In this document: positions 11,992 through 22,096 of the stretch, one piece after another | Layout of the letters: every line of letters starts with the position of its first letter | Numbering within the stretch: the stretch's first letter is position 1 | NCBI GenBank assembly: GCA_965240325.2 | Contig: OZ251240.1 | Span: forward strand, 682,001 to 746,000 | Reading direction: 5' to 3' | Length of the DNA: 64,000 nucleotides | Source of the DNA: Rebecca billardiae RCC1528 | Taxonomy: Eukaryota; Protista; Haptophyta | Program-made: the position numbers and the translations under genes | Notes under the pieces: generated by a model | The model's database searches: none | Told to the model about the DNA's origin: nothing | Seen by the model: only the letters and a program-made list of their open reading frames with translations

Positions 11992-12368
11992 TTCATAGAA
12001 TAGTAATTCAACTCGTCAGCATCAGCATCAGGTCGCTCGGTGCCGCAGCACTCAGCAGCATATATATATTGGCAACATCACGTCACAGTGGCAGTCCCGC
12101 GAGTCCGCGCGGACGGACTGAGATTCTAATAATAATATAATAATAAATATAAATCCGTAGTCGTATATTAATAATAATAAAATAATAATAATCGGGTGGC
12201 GCCTTTGACTTTTATCCGAGTAGCCTGCCTTCGCCCGCCGCTTCGGCTGCGACTGGCAGCGTCCTTTGACAAATGATGGCGGCCGCCATCGCGCGGCAAG
12301 CCGCCGCCGGCGCGCGGTGACGCTGACACTTGGCAGCGGCCATATCGTCATCGACCGCGCGTGAGCGG

Positions 12369-15300
12369 TCAGTTCAGCGGCGGGACCGTGCCCGAGACCG
12401 TCGGGTATGCGCGCGCGGCCGGTGCATGCGCGTGCTGCGAGGAGGGCGCCGCCTCGCCGGAGAGCCCGCCGTCCGGCGCCGCGAGCCCGGCGCGCAGCAG
12501 CGTGCGCGCGTGCTCCTCCAGTTCCGCCTTGCGCTCGGTCACCTCGCGCGCCTGCTGCGCCGCGTGCTCGCGCAGCGCGCCCGCCGCGTCTCGCTCCTGC
12601 GTCATCTCCTTGTGCAGCAGTGAGATGGCGCGCGTGCGCTGCGCGAGCGAGTCGGAGACGGTCTGCAGCCGCGTGCGCTCCGAGGCTGTCTCCACGTACT
12701 CGTGCTGCAGCGTCTGCATGTACTCGCCTGCGCGCGGCGCGCGGCGCGCGGCGCGCGGCGGCGGGCACGGGTCGCAGTGGGGGGTCATGAGGCGATGGCG
12801 CGGCGTGCCGGTGCTGCGCGTGCAGCGCGCGCTGCACGCACCCACGGCCGAGCGCTCCTTGGCGGCGAGCGCGCGCTCGATGTCCGCCGAGCGGCGGTGC
12901 GCGGCCAGCGAGAGCCGCTCGTCGTCCACCTCGCGCTGCGCGTTGAGCGCGCGCGTGATCTGCTGCGCGTGCGTCTCCGCGAGGTCCTGCGCGGCGGGGC
13001 GGGCGCGGCGGGGCGCGCGGTGGGAGCGCGGCGGGCGTCACGTGCCCGGAGTGCGCGCGAGCGCCGCGCGCACGCGCCGCGCGCACGCGCCGCGCGGCGA
13101 TCCCGCGGCGGCGGCGGCGCGGGCGCGCGCCCCCGGCCGCCTGCCGTCTCGGCGTCGCGTCGCGCTCGCCCCCGGCCGGCCGCGCGCCGCCGCGCGCCGC
13201 CGCGCGCCGCGGCCCGCGCAGCTGCCGCGCGCCGCCGCCGCGCGCCGCTGCCGCACCTTCTGCTGCGTGAAGAGCTGGTCGCGCGTGGCGCTGAGCTCCT
13301 TGCGGTGCTGCAGCACGTGCGAGGTGAAGCCGTGCCGCTCGTCGCGCAGCAGCGCGCGCTCGGCGGCGAGCAGCGAGCGCTCGGCGGCGATGTGCGTGAG
13401 CACCTCGTCCAGCGCGCCCTGCGCGCGCTCGCCCAGCTGCAACAGCTCCTGCTGGCGCGAGGCGAGGGCGGTGCGCAGCGCGGCGTGCTCGGCCTGCAGC
13501 TCGGCCCAGCCCTTCTGCGTCGCGCCCCACACGTCCTCCTGCCGCGCCGCCTCCGCCTTGAGCTCGCGCTGCATCTCGGACACCAGCGCCTCGCGCTCGC
13601 CGAACGCACGCTCCCTGCGCGCCTCGACCTCCTGCATCGCGCGCTCTTTGTCGAGCATCGCCTTCTCCTGGTGCAGCACGCCTTTCCACAGCTCCTTCTC
13701 CAGACGGGTCTGGAGGGAGGTGAGCGACTCGGCGCCGGCGTGCACGAGCTGCGCGAGGGAGGAGAGCTGCTGCGACTCGCCGTTGATGTGCCCGATCGCC
13801 GCGAGCTGCGCGCGGTGCAGCTGCGCCTGCGCCGCCATCGCCTCCTCATGCCTCCGCTCGGTCGCACTCAGCGTGGCCTCGTGCACGCGCGCCGTCTCGT
13901 CCAACTGCGCGCGGTGCGCGCGCCGCGCCTCCTCGAGCTCGGCGCTGAGATGCGCGCTCGTGCGCTGCTGCGCGTCGGACGCGGCGTGCCGCGCGGCCTC
14001 GAGCGCGGCCTCGTGGTTCTTCTCCTGCGCGCGCAGCGCCGACTCGAGCAGCGCCTTGGCCTGCGCCATCTGCTGCCGCGCCCTGTCAGACTCGGCGCCC
14101 AGCGCTTCCGTGTGCAGTCGCTCGCGCTGCGCGAGCGCGGCCTCGTGCGCGGCGGCGAGCTCGCGCAGCTGGCGCTCGTTGATGGCGCGCACCGCGCCGA
14201 GCGACTCCTCGTGCGCCGCCTGCTGCGCGGCCAGCCGGTGCTCGAGCAGCGTGATCCGCTCCTGCAGCGCCGCGTCCGTCGCCGCGCCGCGCATGCGCAC
14301 GCCTCTCTCGAGCTCCGCCTCGCGCCGCGCGAGCTCGGCGGCGTGTGCTGCGCGCAGCCGCTCGAGCTCGCGCTCGTGCGCGTCGCGCTGCGCGGAGAGC
14401 GCGGCCGCGATCGACGCGGACGCGGCCGCGCTCACCTCCGCCGCGGAGGGCGCGTGCGGCGCCGGGTGCGCGCACGTGGGCGAGCCGCCAGTCGGGTGCG
14501 GCGGCGCCGCGCGTCCGCCTGACGACAGCAGACCGCCGCCGCCGCCGCCGCCGACGCCGCCGCCGCCGACCAGCCGCTGGCTGCTGCCGCTGCGCGAGCC
14601 GCCGCCGCCCGCCCACGGCGCGTCGCCCGCCGCGCCGCCGCCGCCGCTCGCGGGCGGCGAGGGCTGCGCCTCCGCCCCAAAAGCCGCGGCCGGGCGGCTA
14701 GCGGGCAGACCAAAGCCGCTGGCCAGACCGCCGCCGCCCGACGCGCCGCCGCCGAGCGTGCCGCCGCCGCCGAGCGTGCCGCCGCCGCCGAGCGTGCCGC
14801 CGCCGCCGAGCCCGCCGCTACCGCCCAGCCCGCCACTGCCGCCGAGGCCGCCGAGGGGGGGTCGCGGCGGCTGCCCCAAGGGCGAGAAGCTGCCGCCCTG
14901 TGCGGGCGAGCCGCCCGGCGAGCTCACGAGCACGTCCGCCGACGACAGCCTGCCGCGCCCGCTCTCGATCGGCGCCAGGCCCGCGCTCGCGCCGCCGGCG
15001 CCGCCACGGCGGCCCGCGGCGGCGACGCCCGACAGCGCAGGCTGCTCGGCGCCTGCGACACCGCCGCCGGCGGCCGGCGGAGCGGCGGCGGCGGAGAGCG
15101 GGCCGTCTCGCGGCGTGCCACGCACACCCTGCTGCGCGAGCGCCGCGAGCGGATCCGTGACCGCCTCGCCGCGCTCGGCCAGCGTACCGCCGGCGGCGCC
15201 GCCGCCCGCGCGCCGCCCAAACGGCGCGCCGCCGTCGCCCGCGGGCCCGGGAGGCGGCGCGGGCGCGGCGGCGGCGGCGGCGCCCGGCGCCGTGCGCGCG

Positions 15301-15911
15301 GTCGGGCTGCTCCGGCTCGGCACGACGCCCTCCGACCGCCCGCTCGGCGTCCCCGCGTAGCTCTCCTCGAAGTCGTCGTCGTAGTCGTCGACCGTCGAGA
15401 TGTGGCTGGGCTCGGTGGTGAGCGCGGGGAGCGGCTCGAGCGCGGCGGGGCGGCGCGGCTCGTGGGCGGAGGCGGGCGAGTCGGTGGGCGGCGCCATCGG
15501 CATCACGGCGTCGTCGTCCGCTGCGCGCGCCGACGGCGGCGTCGACACGCTCGCCGCGCCCGCGGGCGTCGGAGCGGCGTCGGCGGCGCGGCGGCCGAGC
15601 GGCTGTTCGCCGGCGCGCGCCGACGACGTGGCGGCGGCGGGGCCACGCCGGCCGGCGGGGGCGGAGGAGGCGGCGATGAGCCGTGAGAGCTCGTCCTCCT
15701 CGTCGCCGCCGAGCGACGGGAACGACTCCTCCACCAGATCCTCCGCGCTGCTCTGCCGGTGCACGCTGCCGCCCGCCGCCGGCTGCACGCTCTCCGTGAA
15801 GTCGAGCGAGGTGAGGTCGACGCTGTCGTCGAGCACCGAGTAGTCCGCCGTCGCGACCGACTCCTGCGGCGAGCGCAGCCCGGGCGGCTGCGGCTGCACG
15901 CCCTGCCGCAT
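12369..15911 (-). CDS. Large low-complexity plus coiled-coil protein (possibly FBF1-like centriolar/ciliary protein); about 3 exons
   Basis: Long ORF with a disordered Gly/Pro/Ala-rich N-half and an extended E/A/R/L/Q coiled coil. Introns at about 12988-13256 and 12728-12835. The family assignment is weak. Confidence 0.6.
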
Positions 15912-16068
15912 GGCAGCCGAGCGTCCGTCCCTCGCACTCAAGGCAAGAGGTGATGGAGGGCGCTTTCAAACGTCAAGCGTCCGCCATCGCGTGCCGGTTC
16001 AGCCCTCGCTCCATCCAGGCCGACGCGCTCAGCGCGCTCGGCCCGACATCGGTCCCCGGCACGCGCAG

Positions 16069-18037
16069 ATGGCGGCGGACGACGGCGCGCGTCTCGCGGA
16101 GCTCAAGCGCGCGCCGGCGTCGCACCTGCGCGAGCCCGAGCAGCTCGAGTGGCTGCTGCACCACCTCGGCGACGCGGAGGCGCGCACTCGCGACGACGTG
16201 CAGTGGCTCCTCTCGAGCGCGCTCGACGGCGCCGCCGGCCTCGAGCTGCTCCGAGGCCCGCTGGCCGAGCAGTACTTTGCGCTCGGGCTCTCGTCGGCGC
16301 ACGCGCCGGCGCGGCGGATGGCGTGCGAGCAGCTCGCCCGTCTCGCCACGCCGCACGAGCTCCACCGCCTCGTCGACCTCGCGCCGCTCGGCACACTCGC
16401 CGCGCTCGTGGCGGACGCTGAGCTCGGCGTGGCGCAGCAGGCGAGCGCGTGCATCGTCGAGGCGGTGCGCGCGAGCGAGCCCGCCGAGCTCGAGCTGTCG
16501 GGCGTGCTCACGCAGGACGCGCTGGACACGCTCGCCGCGCTCTGCGACCGCCCGGGTCGCGACGGCGCGCAAGTGCGCCTGCGCGCCGCCGAGCTGACGG
16601 CTCAGCTCTCGGCGGTGTCGGCGGACGCGCACGCGGCGTGCGAGCGATCGGGCCTGCTCGAGCGGGTGCGCGCGCACGCGGCGCGCGTGTGGCGTGCGCG
16701 AGCGCGCGCAGCGGCGGCGGCGGCAGCGGCGCGGCTGGCTGGCCGTGCGCGCGCCGTGCGCATGCGCCGCGCCCTCCGCGCGCGCGCCGCGCCGCCCCCA
16801 CCCGACCATGCGCCCCCTCACACCCACACCCCCTCACCCCCTCACGCCCACCGCCCGCCTCGCGCCGCGCGATGTGTCGCGCGCGCCGCCGCTTCAGCTG
16901 CGCTCGCTCTGGTTCTCGGAGGACCTGCTCGAGCGGCTGGGCGCGCTGGAGGTGCTGCTCGCGCTCGGCTCGTCCGCGCGTGGCCTCGCCGTGCTCACCC
17001 GCCCCGCCCCGCCGCACGCGCCCGACGCCCTCGCCTCCATCCTCGCCGTGCCGGCCGCGTGCGTCGAGGCCATGCGGGGGGAAGGGGGCGCGGAGGCGCA
17101 GGACCCGCTGCTGCGCCCGCTGCTGCTGCCGCCGGTGCTGAGCGCGGTGGCGGCGCTCGCGCGCGCCGGGGCGGAGCAGGCGCGCGCGCTCGTGCACCGC
17201 GACGCCGTCACCGCCCTCGGCCGCGTGCTCGCCGCGTGCGCTCGGGAGGACCCCGCCGCGGCCGTCGGCGCGGCGAGCGCGCTCGCGGCGCTCGCGACCG
17301 CGCCGGCGCGCGTCGGCCTCGGGCCGGTGCTCGAGCGCGGCGGCGTGGCGCACGCGGCGCTCGCGGAGGTGCTGCAGGCCGACGGCGCGCCGCGCGCGCT
17401 GCGCGCCGCCTCGCTCGACGCACTCGCCGCCATCCTGGGCGCGGCCGTCGCCGCCGAGGCGGAGGCGGCGGCGGTGGAGACGGGGGCGCCCGCTGCCGCG
17501 GCGTCGGGCGCCGACGACGCGCCCGCAGCGGCGCGCGCGGAGGCGCACGCGTGGCTGGGCAGCGCGGAGGCGCTGCTGCACGCGCTCGCGCGGCGCGACT
17601 CCGCGCGCGCGTCGACGGTTGCCCTCGCTCTGCTCGAGCTCGCGCGCGGCTCGGCCGGCGCGGAGGCGGAGGCCGACCCGTCGCTCAGCGCGCTGCGTGT
17701 GCTGCTGGCAGCCGCGCGGTACGGGCGCGGCGCGGAGAGCCTCGCGGTGTGCGCGCCGCTCGTCGAGTGGCTGGGCGAGCCGGGCTCGCGCGCAGGCGCG
17801 GACGCCGAGCGGGGCGCCGGCGACGATGGGCCAGCCCTGCGCCGCCGGCTCGCGCGCGCGCTGCTAGCGCACCCGTCGGCGCGCGCGCTCGTGAGCGCGG
17901 CGCTGCTCGAGCCGCTGCAGCAGACGGCGCGCGCCGGGCTCGGCGGTGGCGGCGCGCCTCCGCTGCCCAACGGCAGCGCACCGCCGCGCGCGCGAGCGGC
18001 CATGGCCGCGGTCGGCGACGAGACCCTCGGCGAGTGA
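16069..18037 (+). CDS. ARM/HEAT-repeat protein, PSMD5/Hsm3-like 26S proteasome assembly chaperone; intron 16666-16897
   Basis: LGLSSAHAPARRMACEQL, VADAELGVAQQAS, VRLRAAEL..CERSGLL and SEDLLERLGALEVL patterns resemble PSMD5. The intron is a phase-0 GT-AG. Confidence 0.65.
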
Positions 18038-18470
18038 CTTTTGAGCGTCCTCGGTCGGGGGCTGCACCGCGGCCCGTCTTGGGACCGCGAGCGCGCAGTC
18101 CTCGCAAACACATTGATTGTGCGCACGGGCAAGACGGTGCTCGCGTGCCTCGTCGTGCCAGGCTCCGATCACGATGCTCCAGCCCGTGTGACCTGGCGGT
18201 GGGGTCGCCATCGCTCCGCTCGTCCGCTGGCGCTGCGAGCCAAGACAGTGTCACAGGAGTTGACGATGGTACGATCCCAAATTCCCGTACTGTATTTGCC
18301 GACGATGATGCTGATGATTCCTGTGCGCACATATTCCCACCGCGCCGGTGACGCAAACGGCACGTCACGCCAAGCCGGACGAACAGTGCATCCAGCTGGC
18401 ACACAGCTCCCGTGGCGGACCGCATCGTCAGGGCCGGGGGGGCATCAGCTTGCCGAGCGTGCATGCAAGC

Positions 18471-19055
18471 ATGCTGGCAGCGTTCGTCTCGGCACAGAGG
18501 CGGCGGCCGCTCACAATGAGCGTGCTGACAGCATGGGGCGTCGTCTCCACGGGCGACGCCGTCGTCCAGGTCGCGCGCGACCGGGAGGTGAACGCGCGCC
18601 GAAATTTGACGGTTGCCTCGTACTCGGGCCTGGTCGCGCCTGTCTACTACTGGTGGTGGAAGTGGCTCGACGTGCGCTGGCCGGGCACGACATTCAGGGC
18701 GGTGCTGTGCAAGGCGACGGCGAACCAGCTCATCACCACCGGCCCGAACAACGCCGCATACATCGCGTGGTGCACAGCGTGGTCGCCCAACCCCTCCGGC
18801 CTGCCTCAGCCATCGGCGCTCGAGCGCGTGCGCACCGAACTGCCGTCGATCATCGCGAGCTCGATCGGCTTCTGGATGCCCGCGAACATGATGAACTTTA
18901 TGTTCGTGCCGCTCCATCACCGCATACTGTGCATGTCCGTCTTGAATTGCGTGTGGTCCGGCTGGCTCTCCAACGCTGTGAACGCGGGCCGCTGGGGCGA
19001 CGACGCGTGCGAGCAGGTGGTCCGGCTTGCGCGCAGGCTCTCTAACGCGGCCTAG
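18471..19055 (+). CDS. Mpv17/PMP22 family membrane protein
   Basis: RPLT..LTAWGVVSTGDAVVQ, YYWWWKWLD, KATANQLI and FWMPANMMNFMFVPLHHRIL..NCVWSGWLS. Confidence 0.92.
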   Translation: MLAAFVSAQRRRPLTMSVLTAWGVVSTGDAVVQVARDREVNARRNLTVASYSGLVAPVYYWWWKWLDVRWPGTTFRAVLCKATANQLITTGPNNAAYIAWCTAWSPNPSGLPQPSALERVRTELPSIIASSIGFWMPANMMNFMFVPLHHRILCMSVLNCVWSGWLSNAVNAGRWGDDACEQVVRLARRLSNAA

Positions 19056-19440
19056 CCAGGACTGCGGGTCTAGCCGTGGCGGCACAACGCCTGCCGCGTG
19101 CAGTCAGGCCCTCCCATGCAGCTGCCCGTGCTTCGTGTGGAGTGACTGGCGCCTGCTTCATGTGATAGTGACAGAGTGATCCACTTGTCGGATATCCCAC
19201 TGCGATCCTATCCCATAGGATTCAATCCTATGACCAAGTTTTCTCGTGGCGCAGTCGTCGTCGTGAGCACCGTGGCAAATGATGAACCCCCTTGGTGGCA
19301 AGCCGGACGCGCGGCTCTTTGCCATCGTGATCGATGACGATAGTATCGGCATCATCATTACAAGCAGCATGACGACATTCGTCATCATACTATACGTACT
19401 GACTGTGACAGTATAACGTCGTAGTATTGATGTATCTTTG

Positions 19441-19501
19441 ACAGACGAATCAGGAGAGCCGCGCCCTCGTGCCTGTGCTGTCTTTAAATCATATAGAATT
19501 A
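19441..19501 (+). mobile_element. Solo, slightly diverged copy of the TIR of the 35338-41385 pogo-type element
   Basis: ACAGACGAATCAGGAGAGCCGCGCCCTCGTGCCTGTG..TCTTTAAATCATATAGAAT followed by TA. Confidence 0.8.
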
Positions 19502-19544
19502 CTGTAGCCTTTATTTATATACGGTAGGAATCGATCGTCATGAT

Positions 19545-19625
19545 TATGGCCCGCGGTGCAGGGCGGAGCGCGCAGCGTGGAGCCCGCACTGCGGGCCCGA
19601 ACCACGTTTCAAAAAGATCTTTATA
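19545..19625 (+). repeat. Hairpin-bearing element terminus (Helentron/HINE-like), second copy at 54561
   Basis: TTATGGCCCGCGGTGCAGGGC-GGAGCGCGCAGCGTGGA-GCCCGCACTGCGGGCC stem-loop plus TCAAAAAGATCTTT, shared with 54561-54640. Confidence 0.55.
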
Positions 19626-19821
19626 ATAGTATATTCTCAGCTGCGTTACGACAATATCCAGTATCAATATTGGACTCACGAACGGTTGGTCAAGCGGCGT
19701 TCCGCGAGAGCCATTTAACCCGCAGTCGAGCCAGTGATTGAGATGGACATGGTGCTTGGCGTCGTGCGCGTGAGCTGCAGTGCGAGGGAGACGGGCGTGG
19801 GCAGGCGGGGCGTCTCGGTCT

Positions 19822-20652
19822 CTATGCGGCGTGACGGCTCCTCTCGAGACTGCTCGCGCTCTCTTCGCCGTCCAGGACAGCAGCCAGCTCGACGCCAAAG
19901 CCGTCCGCGGCCGCCTTGGCGGGTCCGATGCCCCAGCACCTGGGGAGCACACGCAGGGCCGCCGCCAGGCGCGGGCGCGCGCGCGCGTCACGAGGCCACC
20001 CCGTGAGAGTTACCGCAAGCGGGGGGACCGGTGGACGATTGTGGGGGCTCCTGGCTGCAGGTCTGCGCAGCACAGCGACGCGTGCCGCGAGGCGGCAAGT
20101 GGCGGCGGGGCACACGCTGGGGTGGCGGGCGGCATACTCGAGCAGGTCGCTGGTGCACTTCGCCTCGACACAGCCCGTGGCCCAGTTCGCATCGTTCCGT
20201 CGGCGGCGGACCATCTCGCACAAGGTTCGGTTCTGCGCGATCTTGTACGGCTCGATGTCGAGCTGCCTCGCGCGCAGGAGTCGATGCTTGCGCAGCGTGG
20301 CAAACACGAGGAACTCGTGGTCGTCCAGCCGATCCGGATCGATGGGGAGACGCGAGTAGTCCGTATCAGTAGCCTCGGTCTTTGGGGAGTCCATTTGCGG
20401 CGACTCGACCGGCGCAGCTGCGAGCGAAGCGTCGCCGTGGCGCGCGCGCACGCGCGCGGATGTGCGAGTTGGCTCGGCGCGTGGCGGCTCCGACTGGCGC
20501 CGCTTCTTGCGCGTCGGGAGGTCGGCGAAGGGAGCGGGGCCTCGAAGCGGCGACTCCATGAGCCCGAGCTCGCGCAGCTTTGCCTCATTGGTACGGATAC
20601 GCTCGAGGCGGGCACGCTCGTACGGGGTCAGGTCGTCTACGCCGGCCGACAT
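19822..20652 (-). CDS. Stand-alone HRDC-domain protein; intron about 19940-20137
   Basis: LTPYERARLERIRTNEAKLRELGL N-terminal motif. FATLRKHRLLRARQLDIEPYKIAQNRTLCEMVRRR...LLE|CWGIGPAKA..FG..L is HRDC-like after splicing. Confidence 0.8.
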   Translation of the reverse strand: MSAGVDDLTPYERARLERIRTNEAKLRELGLMESPLRGPAPFADLPTRKKRRQSEPPRAEPTRTSARVRARHGDASLAAAPVESPQMDSPKTEATDTDYSRLPIDPDRLDDHEFLVFATLRKHRLLRARQLDIEPYKIAQNRTLCEMVRRRRNDANWATGCVEAKCTSDLLEYAARHPSVCPAATCRLAARVAVLRRPAARSPHNRPPVPPLAVTLTGWPRDARARPRLAAALRVLPRCWGIGPAKAAADGFGVELAAVLDGEESASSLERSRHAA

Positions 20653-20759
20653 GCTGCCGCGGACCAGCGGAAAAAATTGAGCGCTGCATGTCTTGGTACT
20701 CTCCGGTCCGGACTGCGCCATCGTACCTCGGCGGGCACAGCCCTGCCGAAGCGAGTGCG

Positions 20760-21641
20760 ATGGCGGAGAGTACCAGCCAGCGCCCGCCCCTGGCGGCCCG
20801 GCCCGGGCGCCCGGCCGATCGAAACTTGGGCTGGACGTCCGGCGGCGGCGGTACGATCGACGCCGACGGGCGCGCTGCCCGGCGACAGAAGGCGTTGGCG
20901 GCAGGCGCGGTGGGATTGACCGTTGCGAGCGTCATGTTCGTTGGTGCGTGCGTCGTGCTCTGGTCGTCGTCGGGCGCACTAGCGTCCATGCACGATGCGA
21001 GCAACGCACGCGCATCGGACGTGGCGGTCCTGGACACCAACTGCACACGCGTGCCCCTGGAGGTGGCGTGGCCAGAGATCCGCGCATATTCGGGCGTCGA
21101 GACCTGTGGGAACCTCTATTTACAACCAGACCTCTCGACCCCACCGCATGTGCGCTACGCGGAGGCGTCCTCGCGCTCGCTGTACACGTTCCTGATGCTG
21201 GACCAGGTAGGCGTGCTCAACGGGACATGGCCGCTCACAGACGCCCCGTTCCCAGGCGACTGCTGCGGCGTGAAGGGCAACCCCGCGCCGATTCGGCACT
21301 GGCTCGTGGGCAACATCCCCGGCAGCTCGCTGCGCACTGGCCTCGTGCCGGGCGACCCGGCGACCTGCGCGCGCGCGGCGCCAATGTGCGCGGGCATGAC
21401 GGTGACACCGTACCTGCAGCCCGGCCACGTCGGGCTGCCGTACGGGTCGCACCCGTACGGGCACTTCCTCTTCAAGCAGCCGCGCAACGCGCCGCTGGCG
21501 TTCCCCGCGTTCGACGATGCGGTCGTGACCAACCGCTTCCATTGGGACTTTGGCGCGTTCCTGCGGGGGTACCGCCTGCTGCCCAAGGTGGCGTCCAACT
21601 GGATGGTCGTGTACCACGCGGCGCCCGGCGGACACTACTGA
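20760..21641 (+). CDS. PEBP (phosphatidylethanolamine-binding protein) family protein with an N-terminal membrane anchor
   Basis: TM segment AVGLTVASVMFVGACVVLW; LYTFLMLD, RHWLVGNIPG, Y..P...YGSHPY.HFLFKQ and R.HWDFGAF motifs. Confidence 0.85.
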   Translation: MAESTSQRPPLAARPGRPADRNLGWTSGGGGTIDADGRAARRQKALAAGAVGLTVASVMFVGACVVLWSSSGALASMHDASNARASDVAVLDTNCTRVPLEVAWPEIRAYSGVETCGNLYLQPDLSTPPHVRYAEASSRSLYTFLMLDQVGVLNGTWPLTDAPFPGDCCGVKGNPAPIRHWLVGNIPGSSLRTGLVPGDPATCARAAPMCAGMTVTPYLQPGHVGLPYGSHPYGHFLFKQPRNAPLAFPAFDDAVVTNRFHWDFGAFLRGYRLLPKVASNWMVVYHAAPGGHY

Positions 21642-22096
21642 CACGTGATGACCGTGCTGCGACGACTGTGAGAAGTGTAGTATTTTGTTAAGTGTGACTT
21701 GGAATATCACATGCCACCCGTCCCAGGACTGCCCCTGAGCCCGTCTTCGGCTCAGCGGCCGGGCTCAAAACATGACTACATGTCCGACGGCATCTGGTTT
21801 TGAGCTCATCAGTGACTATTGAACTATGGGCTGGCAACGTATATAGCTGCGGCGGTATTTTTCAATATTCCAGGGAGCCTTGATGTAGGGGGCTGGGACG
21901 GGTGGTGAAGACGCGCGGCTACCTACTACCTAGTGCTGTCAATTGAGGCACGCAGACTCAATAATGGTCAATGCTGACTAGTCAGTCACCACTACTATCA
22001 GTAGTCTTACTATATGGGGGTATCGGGACTAGTTCCGGGTACATTTAGAATCGGGAGTCCGGTGCACTCGAACGCAGTCGTCGAGCAGATCCACAC

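Noticed and set aside
12361-15360. 999-aa plus-strand ORF and many similar long Arg/Ala/Ser-rich ORFs (e.g. 6130-8448, 15910-18351, 22010-24406, 28352-30331)
   Set aside because: These are antisense or off-frame shadows of real genes, caused by very high GC and few stop codons.
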